A stretch of DNA of 64,000 nt from an uncultured bacterium (lineage in GTDB: Bacteria; Krumholzibacteriota; Krumholzibacteriia; JACNKJ01), in assembly GCA_963695095.1 (NCBI GenBank), contig CAVOFT010000001.1, positions 480,001 through 544,000 on the forward strand, read 5' to 3'. Below, in pieces: positions 32,659 through 44,071 of this stretch (positions are counted from its first letter, which is position 1; every line of letters starts with the position of its first letter). The position numbers were made by a program, and so were the translations under genes. The notes under the pieces were generated by a model. The model did no database searches. It was not told the DNA's origin and saw only the letters and a list, made by a program, of their open reading frames with translations.

Positions 32659-33609
32659 CTAGTCCACGGCCTCGGCCGCCAGCCGCCCATAGCGATAGAG
32701 CACTGCCGGCACGCCCTCGCGCTCCTCGCTGATCGTGAAGTAGGCGTTGCCGTCCGGCGCCCAGGCGACGGCCTCGCCCTGCGGCTCGGGGGTGTAGGGC
32801 AGGCGCTCGTAGTTGCCGCCGAGGAGCGCCGCATCCAGCCGCTCGCCCGGCTCGCGGCGGGCCAGATAGATCGCCGCGTAGGTCTTGAGCAGGATGGCGT
32901 CGCCCGCGGGGCTCACATCGCCGCCCACCACGCCGCTCAGCTCGAGTTGCCCGCAGGCTTCCATCGTGACCACCCGGTCCGTGTACTGCGGGTACGCCGC
33001 GCGGTAGAGCAAGACCGCCTTCTCCTGCTTCGTCACGATGTAGAGGTCGCGGCTCAGCGGATCGAGAAGGAGGGTCTCGGCGTTCCGCGGCCGGTCGGGA
33101 TAGCGCAGGCGAAGCGCATCCACGCCGGCGAGCGCGCTCGCAATCGGTGCCTGCCCCGCGGTCACCTGCGGCTCGGGCACGCGGTAGACCGTCTTCGTCT
33201 CGCGATGGGCCAGGTTGTCGCCGATGTCCGCGAGGTAGAGGTACTGGCGGCCCTGCTGGGGGCCCGGCCCGATCGCGATGTCCTCCCAATCCACCGCCTC
33301 GGCGCCCAGGAGCTGGTAGACGCCCAGGTGCTCACCCCGCAGGCCGAGGGCGAAGACGCGCGGCTTATCCCCCGAGTCGTTGTGGGCCCAGAGCACGCCG
33401 GGGTTCATGCGGCTGGCGACCAGGCCCGAGGCCTCCTTCAAGTCCTCGCAGCCGGCGAGCCCCGCCGTCTCCCGTTCGCCGAAGCCCTGGGCTGCCGCGC
33501 GCTTGATCTGGAAGCGAGGCTGCTCACGGCAGCCGCCGCCGACGAGCGGCGCGGCGAGCAGGATGAGCAGGGCGAGGCGCGGAGCGCGGAGGCCGAGGAT
33601 GGTGCGCAT
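32659..33609 (-). CDS. Conserved lipoprotein (beta-propeller-like hypothetical)
   Basis: Signal peptide ending VGGGC; EASGL, HNDSG, DWED, DIGDN, NAETL and QGEAV motifs. Confidence 0.8.
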   Translation of the reverse strand: MRTILGLRAPRLALLILLAAPLVGGGCREQPRFQIKRAAAQGFGERETAGLAGCEDLKEASGLVASRMNPGVLWAHNDSGDKPRVFALGLRGEHLGVYQLLGAEAVDWEDIAIGPGPQQGRQYLYLADIGDNLAHRETKTVYRVPEPQVTAGQAPIASALAGVDALRLRYPDRPRNAETLLLDPLSRDLYIVTKQEKAVLLYRAAYPQYTDRVVTMEACGQLELSGVVGGDVSPAGDAILLKTYAAIYLARREPGERLDAALLGGNYERLPYTPEPQGEAVAWAPDGNAYFTISEEREGVPAVLYRYGRLAAEAVD

Positions 33610-33641
33610 GGACTCAAGCTAGCGCAGTTGGCCGCCGCTCG

Positions 33642-34529
33642 CTAGGGGGCGGCGCGGCGCGCCAGGCGCAGCGCCTTCGTCTTCGGGTGCGCTTGCAGGT
33701 CGAAGACCTGGGTGATGTTCTCCGCGTGGCGGCGCCCGCCGTGGTCGCCGGGCAGGCGTGGGAAGCCGGGGTCGACGAGGATGGCGTCCAGCTCCCGACC
33801 GCGCGCGCGATGATCGGCGCAGCGCTCCCAGGTCTCCTCGAGATAGGCGCGCTGGCCGTCCAGAGCGTCGGCGCCGGCGAGGATGCCGTGGCCGGGCACG
33901 ACGATCTTCGGCTCGAAGCCGCGCAGGAGCTTGAGCGCCCGGATCCACGCCGGCACGTTCGCGTGCGTGAGGAAGGGATAGCGGCCCAGGAAGAGCAGGT
34001 CCGAGGCGAAGAGCACGCCGTCGTCCGGCAGCCAGAGCACGCTGAGGTCCGGCGTGTGCCCGCCCAGGTGGTGGAACTCCAGGCGCCGGCCGCCGAAGTT
34101 CAGGCGCTTGCGCTTGACGAAGGTCTCCGTGGGCGGCGTCACGCGCAGGTCGGTCAGGGCCTCGCAGTAGCGCTCGGCGCCGGCAGGGTCGCTCGCGGCC
34201 AGCTCGGCCAGCCACTGCTCACGCGCCTGGGCGGACCAGGGGCCGTCCAGCATCTCCTGCATCAACTCGGCGCAGCGCCGCTGCCCGAGGATTCGTGAGT
34301 GTACGAGCTGGTTGCCCCAGGTGTGATCGGCGTGGAAGTGGGTGTTGAAGGTGAGCGAGATGTCGCTCAGACACACGCCCTGGGCATCGAGGGCGCCGAG
34401 CAGCTCCAGGGCGCAGAAGGCGGTGTCGATGAGCAGCCAGCCGTCGGCGTCGCCCACGAGGCCCAGGTTTGCTCCGGCCTCCGGTCTGAGGCAGGCGTGG
34501 ACGCCCGGCCGCAGTTCGATCCAGTTCAT
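33642..34529 (-). CDS. MBL-fold metallo-hydrolase (cyclase-like)
   Basis: IDT, THFHADHTWGN, GHT, SD and VPGHG motifs. Confidence 0.9.
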   Translation of the reverse strand: MNWIELRPGVHACLRPEAGANLGLVGDADGWLLIDTAFCALELLGALDAQGVCLSDISLTFNTHFHADHTWGNQLVHSRILGQRRCAELMQEMLDGPWSAQAREQWLAELAASDPAGAERYCEALTDLRVTPPTETFVKRKRLNFGGRRLEFHHLGGHTPDLSVLWLPDDGVLFASDLLFLGRYPFLTHANVPAWIRALKLLRGFEPKIVVPGHGILAGADALDGQRAYLEETWERCADHRARGRELDAILVDPGFPRLPGDHGGRRHAENITQVFDLQAHPKTKALRLARRAAP

Positions 34530-34629
34530 GGCGCACCTCACGACGAGTCCGATCCCCGCCCCCCGGCAGCATGAGCTTAGACCTTATGGATCTCGCTGGC
34601 AAGGATTGCCGACGGTCGGAGCCGGCCGC

Positions 34630-34974
34630 TCAGAAGGGCGCGACGCGGGGCTGCCACTGGTAGCGTGCGAGCGGCACGCGTCCGGCAGCGCTCAGCTCGA
34701 CGCCCTCGGCGGCCAGGCGCAGGCGCTGCTCGATCCCGCCAGCGCCTTCCAGGCTGAGCTTGCCGCCCGCCCCGAGTACGCGATGCCAGGGCAGGCTGCG
34801 CCCCGCCGGCGTCTTGTCGAGGGCGTAGCCCACCTGCCGCGCGTGGCCGGGCAGGCCCGCGAGGGCCGCGATTTGCCCGTAGGTGGCCACGCGCCCCCTG
34901 GGGATCCGCTTCACGACGGCGTAGATGCGCTCGTAGCTGGGGTGGCGCTGGGTATCGGACTGACGCGGAGCCAT
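34630..34974 (-). CDS. Alkyltransferase-like protein (Atl/YbaZ, MGMT family)
   Basis: IPRGRVATYGQIA, RQVG, PWHRV (Trp in place of the catalytic Cys) and L..EGV. Confidence 0.92.
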   Translation of the reverse strand: MAPRQSDTQRHPSYERIYAVVKRIPRGRVATYGQIAALAGLPGHARQVGYALDKTPAGRSLPWHRVLGAGGKLSLEGAGGIEQRLRLAAEGVELSAAGRVPLARYQWQPRVAPF

Positions 34975-35107
34975 GGCGGGAATCTAGCGCCTGTCGCCGT
35001 AGCTGCCAAGTCGGCGCTGGGACCGCAGGGTCCGCCGGCACGCCCATTGACGGTGAAGGGCGGTGGGTGCATTTTCAGCCCAAACTCCAGCCAGGGGGAC
35101 GCCCGCC

Positions 35108-37093
35108 ATGGCCAGCCGCACGCCGCAGAACCTCGTCGAGAAGATCGCCCAGCGCTTCGCCTTCGGCCTCGAGCCGGGGGCCACCGTGCGCGCGGGCGAC
35201 TTCCTCTCCATCAAGCCCGCGCACGTGATGACTCACGACAACACGGGCGCCGTGATCCCCAAGTTCAAGGAGATCGGCGCGGCGAAGCTCGCCGACCCGC
35301 GCCAGGTGGTGATCACGCTCGACCACAACGTGCAGGACCGCAGCGAGAAGAACCTGGCCAAGTACGCGGGCATCGAGGCCTTCGCGGCGAGCATGGGCGC
35401 GGACTTCTACCCGGCCGGCCGCGGCATCGGCCACCAGATCATGTGCGAGGAGGGCTACGCCTGGCCGGGCACGATGGCGGTGGCCTCCGACAGCCACTCG
35501 AACATGTACGGCGGGCTGGGCTGCCTCGGCACGCCCATCGTGCGCACGGACGCGGCGGCGATCTGGGCGACGGGCCGCACCTGGTGGCAGGTGCCGCCGG
35601 TGGCGCGCGTCACGCTGACGGGCCGGCTGCGCAAGGGCGTGACCGGCAAGGACGTCATCATCGCCCTGGCGGGGCACTTCAACAAGGACGAGGTGCTGAA
35701 CCACGCCATCGAGTTCACCGGCGACGGCACGGCCACCCTGCCCATCGACTATCGCCTCGCCATCGCCAACATGACCACCGAGTGGGGCGCCCTGGTCGGG
35801 CTCTTCCCCGTGGACCCGGTCACGCTCCACTGGCTGCACGCGCGGGCCGAGTTCATCGCGAAGCGCGGCCTCGCGGGCCTGCCCTCGGATGCGGACGGCA
35901 AGGGCCAGCACCCGCGCCTGAACAAGGCACGCATCGATGCCCTGGCCGCGGCCCTGCCGGTCGCCGATCCGGACGCGCATTACGCCATCGAACTCGGCCT
36001 GGATCTGGCGAGCGTCGAGCCCCATGTCTCCGGCCCGCATCACGTGAAGGTGATGCGGCCCGTGAGCAGCTTCGCCGCCCAGCCGCTCAAGATCGACAAG
36101 GCCTACCTCGTCTCCTGCGTCAACAGCCGGGTCGAGGACCTCGCCGAAGCCGCGCGCGTGATCCGCGGCAAGCAGGTGGCCGCCGGCGTCGAGTTCTACA
36201 TCGCCGCGGCGAGCAGCGAGGTGCAGGCCGAGAGCGAGCGGCGCGGCGACTGGCAGGCCCTCGTCGCCGCCGGCGCCAAGGCGCTGCCGCCGGGCTGCGG
36301 GCCCTGCATCGGGCTCGGCGTGGGCCTCCTGGAGGACGGCGAGGTGGGCATCAGCGCCACCAACCGCAACTTCAAGGGCCGCATGGGCAGCGCCAAGGCG
36401 GAGGCCTATCTCGCGAGCCCCGCCGTGGTGGCGGCCAGCGCCGTCGCCGGCCAGGTGGCGATGCCGCCCGGCCTCGACTACGCGGGCGCCGCGCCGGTGG
36501 CCACGCTCAGCGCGCCGAAGCCCGTCGCCGCGGCGAGCGCAGCCGTCACCGTGCTGCCGGGCTTTCCCGCTCGCATCGAGGGCGAGCTGCTCTGGTGCCC
36601 CGCCGACAACCTGAACACGGACGGCATCTACCCGGGCAAGTACACCTACCAGGACGACTTCACGCCGGCCCAGCAGGCCGCCGTTGCGATGGAGAATTAC
36701 GACCCGGCCTTCCAGCAGCTCGCCAAGGAGGGCGACCTGCTCGTCGGCGGCTTCAACTTCGGCAGCGGTTCGAGCCGCGAGCAGGCGGCCACGGCGCTCA
36801 AGTACCGCGGCATCCGCCTCGTGCTGGCCGGCTCCTTCAGCGAGACTTACAAGCGCAATGCGCTGAACAACGGCTTCCTCGTGCTCGACGCGCCCGAGCT
36901 GGCGCGTGACCTCAAGGCGCGCTTCGGCGCGGAGAAGCCCACCGTGCGCACGGGCCTGGCCGCCCGGCTCGACGTGGCGGCCTCGACCCTGACCGTGGCG
37001 GGGAAAGCCTATGCGCTCGGCCCCATCGGCCCGGCGGCGCAGGAACTCGTGCTGGCCGGCGGCCTCGAGGAGTGGGTGAAAGCACGGCTCTAG
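35108..37093 (+). CDS. lysF: Single-chain homoaconitase, fungal Lys4/LysF type
   Basis: MTHDN, GIGHQIM, VASDSHSNMYGG.GCLGTPIVRTDAAAIWATG.TWWQ, VSCVN and CGPCIG motifs; fused swivel domain NTDGIYPGKYTY..NFGSGSSREQA. Confidence 0.88.
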   Translation: MASRTPQNLVEKIAQRFAFGLEPGATVRAGDFLSIKPAHVMTHDNTGAVIPKFKEIGAAKLADPRQVVITLDHNVQDRSEKNLAKYAGIEAFAASMGADFYPAGRGIGHQIMCEEGYAWPGTMAVASDSHSNMYGGLGCLGTPIVRTDAAAIWATGRTWWQVPPVARVTLTGRLRKGVTGKDVIIALAGHFNKDEVLNHAIEFTGDGTATLPIDYRLAIANMTTEWGALVGLFPVDPVTLHWLHARAEFIAKRGLAGLPSDADGKGQHPRLNKARIDALAAALPVADPDAHYAIELGLDLASVEPHVSGPHHVKVMRPVSSFAAQPLKIDKAYLVSCVNSRVEDLAEAARVIRGKQVAAGVEFYIAAASSEVQAESERRGDWQALVAAGAKALPPGCGPCIGLGVGLLEDGEVGISATNRNFKGRMGSAKAEAYLASPAVVAASAVAGQVAMPPGLDYAGAAPVATLSAPKPVAAASAAVTVLPGFPARIEGELLWCPADNLNTDGIYPGKYTYQDDFTPAQQAAVAMENYDPAFQQLAKEGDLLVGGFNFGSGSSREQAATALKYRGIRLVLAGSFSETYKRNALNNGFLVLDAPELARDLKARFGAEKPTVRTGLAARLDVAASTLTVAGKAYALGPIGPAAQELVLAGGLEEWVKARL

Positions 37094-37219
37094 GCCTCGG
37101 CCCGGCGCATCGCGCTCCTCTCGCCGAGCATGTCGATGACCTCGTTGCCCAGCGGCGGCAGCGCGTGCTGAGGGCCACGGCCGGTCGGCCACAGCGGGAA
37201 CCCGCCCCCGGGGGCGGAG

Positions 37220-37249
37220 TTGACCCGGGGCCTTCCCGCCGCCTATGCT
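37220..37249 (+). promoter_or_regulatory. Sigma70-type promoter upstream of moxR
   Basis: TTGACC-18 nt-TATGCT. Confidence 0.5.
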
Positions 37250-37289
37250 CCCGCCATCCTGCCTCCGCCAACTTCCGAAGGAGCCCCCC

Positions 37290-38282
<993 letters not shown>

Positions 38283-38310
38283 TCCCTCCCGCCGTCGAGC
38301 AAGGAGCGCC

Positions 38311-38814
38311 ATGTACCGCAGGATCGAGGATTTCGAGAAGGCCTTCGCCGCCAACAGCGAGGCCACGGGCAAGGTCTTCGCCGCCCTCACGGACGCCAGC
38401 CTGGGCCAGGCCGTGGGCGAGGGCTATCGCACGCTGGGCCAGCTCGCCTGGCACCTCGTCACCAGCTATGCGGAGATGATGCCCCGCACGGGTCTCACCG
38501 TGAAGAGCGTCGACGACAAGAGCCTGCCACCGGCGAGCGCGGAGGCGATCCGCGCCGGCTACGCGGCCGTGACCAAGGAGCTTGGCGCGGCGATCAAGGC
38601 CGACTGGAACGATGCCGCCCTCGCGGTGGTCGATGACATGTACGGCGAGCAGTGGCCGCGCGGACTGACCCTGAGCATCCTGCTCAACCATGAGATCCAC
38701 CACCGCGGCCAGATGACGGTGCTCATGCGCCAGGCCGGGCTCCCGGTGCCGGGGGTGATGGGGCCGAGCAAGGAGGAGTGGTCCGCCTACGGCATGGAGG
38801 CGCCGCCCTACTAG
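38311..38814 (+). CDS. DinB family protein
   Basis: RTLGQLAWH and HEIHHRGQMTVLMRQAGL motifs; AAGGAG RBS. Confidence 0.9.
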   Translation: MYRRIEDFEKAFAANSEATGKVFAALTDASLGQAVGEGYRTLGQLAWHLVTSYAEMMPRTGLTVKSVDDKSLPPASAEAIRAGYAAVTKELGAAIKADWNDAALAVVDDMYGEQWPRGLTLSILLNHEIHHRGQMTVLMRQAGLPVPGVMGPSKEEWSAYGMEAPPY

Positions 38815-38938
38815 CCATCGGGCCGGCGCGCAGCGAGGGCCTTGTGCCGCGCTGCCGTGTCCGGCCTGCCGTCGTCCGGTCGCATTGCCGGTAGCTGCCG
38901 CCTGCGCTATACTCATTTCCGACCCGGGAGGTGCGGAG

Positions 38939-41900
38939 ATGATGAAGGCGCAGGCGGTGCTTTTTTGCCTGCTGGTCGCCGGAGCGACGCCGGCAACGGC
39001 AGCGACGATTCACGTTCCCTCTCAGCAACCCAGCATCCAGGCCGGCATCGATGCGGCAGCGAGCGGCGACACCGTGCTCGTCGCACCCGGCACCTACACG
39101 GGCAGCGACAATCGCAGCCTGGAGCTGCGCGGATGCGACATCGCCGTCATCGGCGAGCAGGGCGCCGCCGCGACGACGATCTGGTGCAGCGGCATTGGCC
39201 GCGCGTTCTTCATTCATGAGGGCGAGACAGCGGCGGCGCTCGTCCAGGGCTTCACGCTGCGGGCGGGTGCCGGGGGCGTCAGCCCGGCGGCCGCGGGCGG
39301 CGCAATCCGGGTCGTCGGCGCTTCGCCCAGCTTCCGCGATCTGGTCATCAGGGAGTGCAGCTCGCCCTCCTGGGGCGGCGGCATCCATTTCTACCAGTCC
39401 TCGTCGACCCTGGCGGACATCGTTCTCGAGGAAAACCACGCCACGAACCACGGCGGCGCGATCTCCTGCGAGGAATCGACACTGCAGCTCAGCGACATCG
39501 TCTGCCTGGGCAACGACGCCACGAACAGCGGCTCGAACTACGGCGGCGGCATCTATCTGCTCGAATCCACGGTGAACGCCGTGCGCCTGACGGTGGCCGG
39601 CAACAGCGCGGAGTTCGGCGCGGGCATTTTCGCGGATTACTACGGCCATCTGAACCTGGCCGAGAGCTTGGTGGCCTTCAACGTTCTGGGTGACGGCATC
39701 TACCGCCGCGCCAATGCGAGCGCTGCGCTCACGTGCTGCGACGTCTTCGGCAACGAGGACGGCGACTTCGCCGGCTCGATGGTCGATCCGACCGGCACCG
39801 ACGGCAACTTCTCGCTCGATCCCTGGTTCTGCGATCTGGCCGGCGGGGACATCGAACTCGACGCCGCCTCGCCCTGCTTGCCGGCGAACAACGACTGCGG
39901 CCTCCAGATCGGCGCGCGCGGGCTGGGCTGCGCCCTGCCCCACGTCCAGATCGCCGGCACGATTCGCGACGAGTCGGCGCAACCCATCGGCGGCGTGGAG
40001 ATCGGCGGCCTGCCGTACCTGACGCCGATGACCGATGTCGCGGGGAACTACGCCATCGATCTGCTCGCTGGCTGGAGCGGCACGCTCACACCGATTCACC
40101 CGGCCTACAGCTTCGTGCCGGCCTCGCGCAGTTATGCGAGCATCGTCACCGATCAGCTTGGACAGGACTACGCCGGCGCGCACGCCACTACCCATCGGGT
40201 GCCCGAGGATTACACGACGATTGCGGCGGCTCTCGCGGCCTGTTTGCCCGGCGACACGGTGCTCATCGCACCCGGCACCTACACGGGAAGCGGCAACTAG
40301 CGGATTGACACTGCCGGCATGCGACATCGTGATGCTCGGCACCGGAGGCTCTGAGCAGACCAGTTCTAGACTGCGATCTGCGAGGCCGCGGCCTCGTGGT
40401 GGGGGGCGGACAGACGCCAGCGACCCTGATCGCCGGGCTGACGATTCGCCGTGGCTACACCACGGGTGTGGCGACGGCCGCCGGCGCCGGACTCCGCATC
40501 ATCGACGCATCGCCCACGCTGCGCGACCTACGCGTGGAGGACTGCATCGCGTGGAACTGGGGCGGAGGCATCCATCTCTACGCTTCCGCGACGGCGGCTC
40601 GAGGATATCATCATCGCGGGCTGCTACGCTCGCACCTACGGCGGCGGGGTCTCGATGAGCGAGTCGAGCCCGGTGCTGCGCCGGGTGCTCGTGCACGACA
40701 ACAGGGCGGGGGACTGGGGTGGTGGGCCTCTACTGCCTCGATTCCTCACCCGTCATCGAGTCTTGCACGGTGGTCGCCAATGACGGGCCCGCGGGCGGTG
40801 CGGCGTCTGGCTCTTGCGGGAGGCAATCCCCAGATCGTGGCGAGTGTGATTGCCTTCAACGGCGTGACGCCCAGCGAGGGAGGCATCCATCGGACTGCAG
40901 CCCGGCGCCGGCACTCTCGATCACTTGCAGCGACGTCTGGGCCAACGCGGGCGACGCCTACACGGGCACGCTGGCGGGCTTCACTGGCGAGGGGATGCTA
41001 GCCGCCGATCCCTCTCTTCTGCGATCTGGCCGCAGGGGATTGGCATCTGCATGCGGACTCCCCCTGCCTCGCGAGCGGTAACGGCTGTTCCGTGCAGATG
41101 GGGGCGCTGGGGCAGGGCTGCGCGACGCCGCTCTACGAGATTGCCGGCGACGTCTGCACTGAGAATGCTCTTCCGATTCCGGGGACGGCGGTCCAGGGAC
41201 TGCCGGTGCCACTCTGGGCGAATGAGGATGGCCGCTACAGCGTGCCACCTGCCGGCAGGCTGGAGCGGCACCCTCGAGCCCCGAGCACACGAGCTGGCTC
41301 TTTTCGCCCACCCAGCGGACCTATACCGCCCTGGCCGCCGATCATTTGAATGACGACTACCTCGCCGTCCACCCCACGCAGATCAGGTGATCCCGACGGA
41401 CATCGCCACGATCCAGGCCGGCTTGGACTTCGCCCAGGCGGGGGACACGATCACGGTGCTGCCCGGCGTGCACGAGGTCTCCGAAATCGTCAGCGGCTTC
41501 CTCGATTTCGCAGGGCAAGGCCGTACTCCTGCGCTCTTCGGGTGGCCCGGAGGTGACGACGCTCACCAGTTGGGAATGCTGCATCCGCTTCGCGAGCGGA
41601 GAGGGCCCGAGCTCCATTGTGGAGGGCTTCACGGTGAGCGGATCCTGGAGCCCGCACTTCAGCGGCATCCAGTGCACGAACGGCAGTTCGCCGACGCTAC
41701 GGAACCTGGTGTTCACCGAGAACTCCACCGGGCTGAGGCTCGATTCGGGTGCCAGTCCGCACGGTCACGAACTCGCTGTTCACCGGCAACGGCAATTACA
41801 GCGGTGCTGGCCTGCAATGCGAAGGCTCGGCACCGACCTTCGTGAGTTGCGAATTCGCGCAGAACAGTGCCTTCATGGGTGCGGCCGTTTTCAGCTACTG

Positions 41901-42808
41901 ACGGCAGCCCGCGCTTCCTCGGCTGCACTTTCCGCCAGAACGCGGTGACCGCAGGCTGGGTGGATGAAGGCGGATACTGGAGCGATGGTCGAGGTGGGGC
42001 AGTCTTGTGCTGCTGGGGCGGGTTCGGCTCGCTTCGAGGATTGCCTCTTCTACGGCAATGGCGCAGAGTAGCAGCTACGGCCGGCCCGGATACGGCGGCG
42101 CCGGTTACTTCAGCTATGGCGCGAGCCCGGAGTTCAGCCGCTGCACCTTCGTCGCCAACGGCGCCGACACGCAGGGCGGCACCATCTTCGTCGAGAATGC
42201 CGCGCCGCGCTTCGAGGACTGCATCGTCGCCTTTGCGCGCAGCGCGGGCGAGGGATCTTCGACGCCAGGCGGGACGAGCGCCGTCCAGGTCGTCTGCTCG
42301 GACGTCTTCGGGAACGCGGGCGGCGACTACCTGGGTAGCCTGCCCGATCAGACCGGGCTGAGCGGCAACATCGCGGCCGATCCGCGCTTCTGCGACCTGG
42401 CCGGCGGCGACTTCACGCTCGAGTCCAGCTCGCCCTGCCTGCCGGCGTACAACAGCTGCGGCGTGCAAATGGGGGCCTTCGGCGAGGGCTGCGCCAGGGG
42501 GAACGGCCGCCGGCGGCGAGCTGCCGCAGCGCGTCACCCTGGCGCAGAACCACCCCAATCCCTTCAACCCGAGCACGAGCATCCGCTTCGGATTGCCGGT
42601 CGCCGCCTCTGTCACCCTGGAGATCTTCGACGTCGCCGGCCGCCGGGTGACAGCGCTGCTCGACCAGGCGACGCTGCCCGCGGGCTGGCATGAGGTGGTT
42701 TGGAACGGCCGCGATGGCGCGGGTGCGGAGGCCGCCAGCGGCATTTATCTCCTTCGCATGAGCACGGGCAAGACCGAACTCCGCCGCAAGCTGACCCTGC
42801 TCCGCTAG
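38939..42808 (+). CDS. Large secreted protein: three right-handed beta-helix + Cys-rich modules, Ig-like linkers and a FlgD/T9SS-like C-terminal domain. Multiply frameshifted after about 40295 in this sequence.
   Basis: Signal peptide. Module start 'VP....TI.A......GDT.L..PG' and module end 'DP.FCDLA.GD..L...SPCL...C..Q.GA.G.GC' each occur three times across shifting frames. Ends QNHPNPFNPST..SGIYLLRM..RKLTLLR. Confidence 0.8.
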
Positions 42809-43987
42809 TCAGCGCAGCAAGACCAGGCTGCGCGTCAGGCGCGCCTGAGGCGCCTCGATGCGCGCGAAGTAGACGCCGCTGGCCAGCTCGGCCGGCGGTG
42901 TCCATGTCAGCGCCGCGGCGCCGGCGGGCAGGGCCAGCCGATCCACGCGCCGGCCGGCGATGTCGAAGATCTCGACCGCCGTCTCGGCGCCCAAGGGCCC
43001 CGCGAGGCGCAGGGTCGTCTCCCCGCGGAAGGGATTCGGCCAGGCCGCCAGCGTCTGGTTTGCGGCGGGCAGGTCGGCTACGCCGGTCTCCTCGAACAGC
43101 TCCGTCATCGGCGCGCCCGTGGCGTACTCGCTCGCGAAGCCGAGCAGGTGGCCGATGCTGGGCACGATGTCGATGATCTCCCGCGGCGTCGTCGAGACGA
43201 GGCCGGCCGGCGTGTCCGGGCCCACGGCGAGCAGCTGGATCGTGCGACAGCCCGCGCAGCCGTCGCCGTGGCTGACGAAGTTGGTGGTGTGGCGGCCGTG
43301 GTCGTTGGTGACGATCATCGTCGTCTTGCCCGCGTAGGCGGGCAGCTCCTGCAGCCGCGTCCACAGGGCGCCGACGATGGCGTCCGCCGTCGCGATGGCC
43401 GCCAGGTAGTCGTTCCAGACGCCCGAGTGGCCGTAGTGGTCCACGTCGGCCAGGTAGACGAGCAGCAGCTCGGGGCTTTCGTTCGCCAGCACGCTCTGCG
43501 CCTCGGTCCAGACGCTGGTGTCCGTGTAGCCCGCCATGTCGTAGAGCGGCCACCAGTCGGGCCCGTAGTCAGGGTGCATGCTGCCCCGCCAGGGGCAGCC
43601 CACGTCCTTGAGCAGGTAGATGCAGTCCTCCGGCGCCTTCCCCAGCTGCTTGCGGAAGTACTCGAACATGGAGGGCAGCTCGGTGTAGTTGTTCGTCCCG
43701 CCGCAGTCCGGATCCGAGAAGCTGTAGATCTCCGTGTAGCCGCCGCACCAGATGGCCGGCACCGCGCGGTTCGTGTAGGTGACGCCCTCGTTCGTGAAGG
43801 GCTCGACGATGGCGCCCTCGGCGGCCAGCGCCGCCATCGCCGGCACATGGGTGCGCGCGGGGTCGCCCAGACCCTCGCTGTAGCGGAGCCCGTCGATGAT
43901 CACCAGCACCACGCGCTCGGTCTGCCAGGCGGTGGCGGGGGCGGCGAGGAGGAGGGCGATGAGGAGCAGGGCGAGGCGGCGGGCCAT
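42809..43987 (-). CDS. Secreted alkaline-phosphatase-superfamily protein with FlgD/T9SS-like C-terminal domain
   Basis: Signal peptide; VIIDGLR, DVDHYGH and VTNDHGR metal motifs; WPNPF..IFDIAGR..ASGVYF tail. Confidence 0.88.
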   Translation of the reverse strand: MARRLALLLIALLLAAPATAWQTERVVLVIIDGLRYSEGLGDPARTHVPAMAALAAEGAIVEPFTNEGVTYTNRAVPAIWCGGYTEIYSFSDPDCGGTNNYTELPSMFEYFRKQLGKAPEDCIYLLKDVGCPWRGSMHPDYGPDWWPLYDMAGYTDTSVWTEAQSVLANESPELLLVYLADVDHYGHSGVWNDYLAAIATADAIVGALWTRLQELPAYAGKTTMIVTNDHGRHTTNFVSHGDGCAGCRTIQLLAVGPDTPAGLVSTTPREIIDIVPSIGHLLGFASEYATGAPMTELFEETGVADLPAANQTLAAWPNPFRGETTLRLAGPLGAETAVEIFDIAGRRVDRLALPAGAAALTWTPPAELASGVYFARIEAPQARLTRSLVLLR

Positions 43988-44071
43988 GGGAGCCTCCTGG
44001 GCGGCGCGCCAGCAGGCGCGGGGGATGCCAGGAGTCTAGCGCAGAAGGGCAGCGCCGGTCAAAACGGCGGC

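Noticed and set aside
40295..40300. TAG read-through (pyrrolysine or recoding) in the beta-helix gene
   Set aside because: Homology to module 1 continues in the +1 frame, not the same frame, so this is an indel rather than stop recoding.
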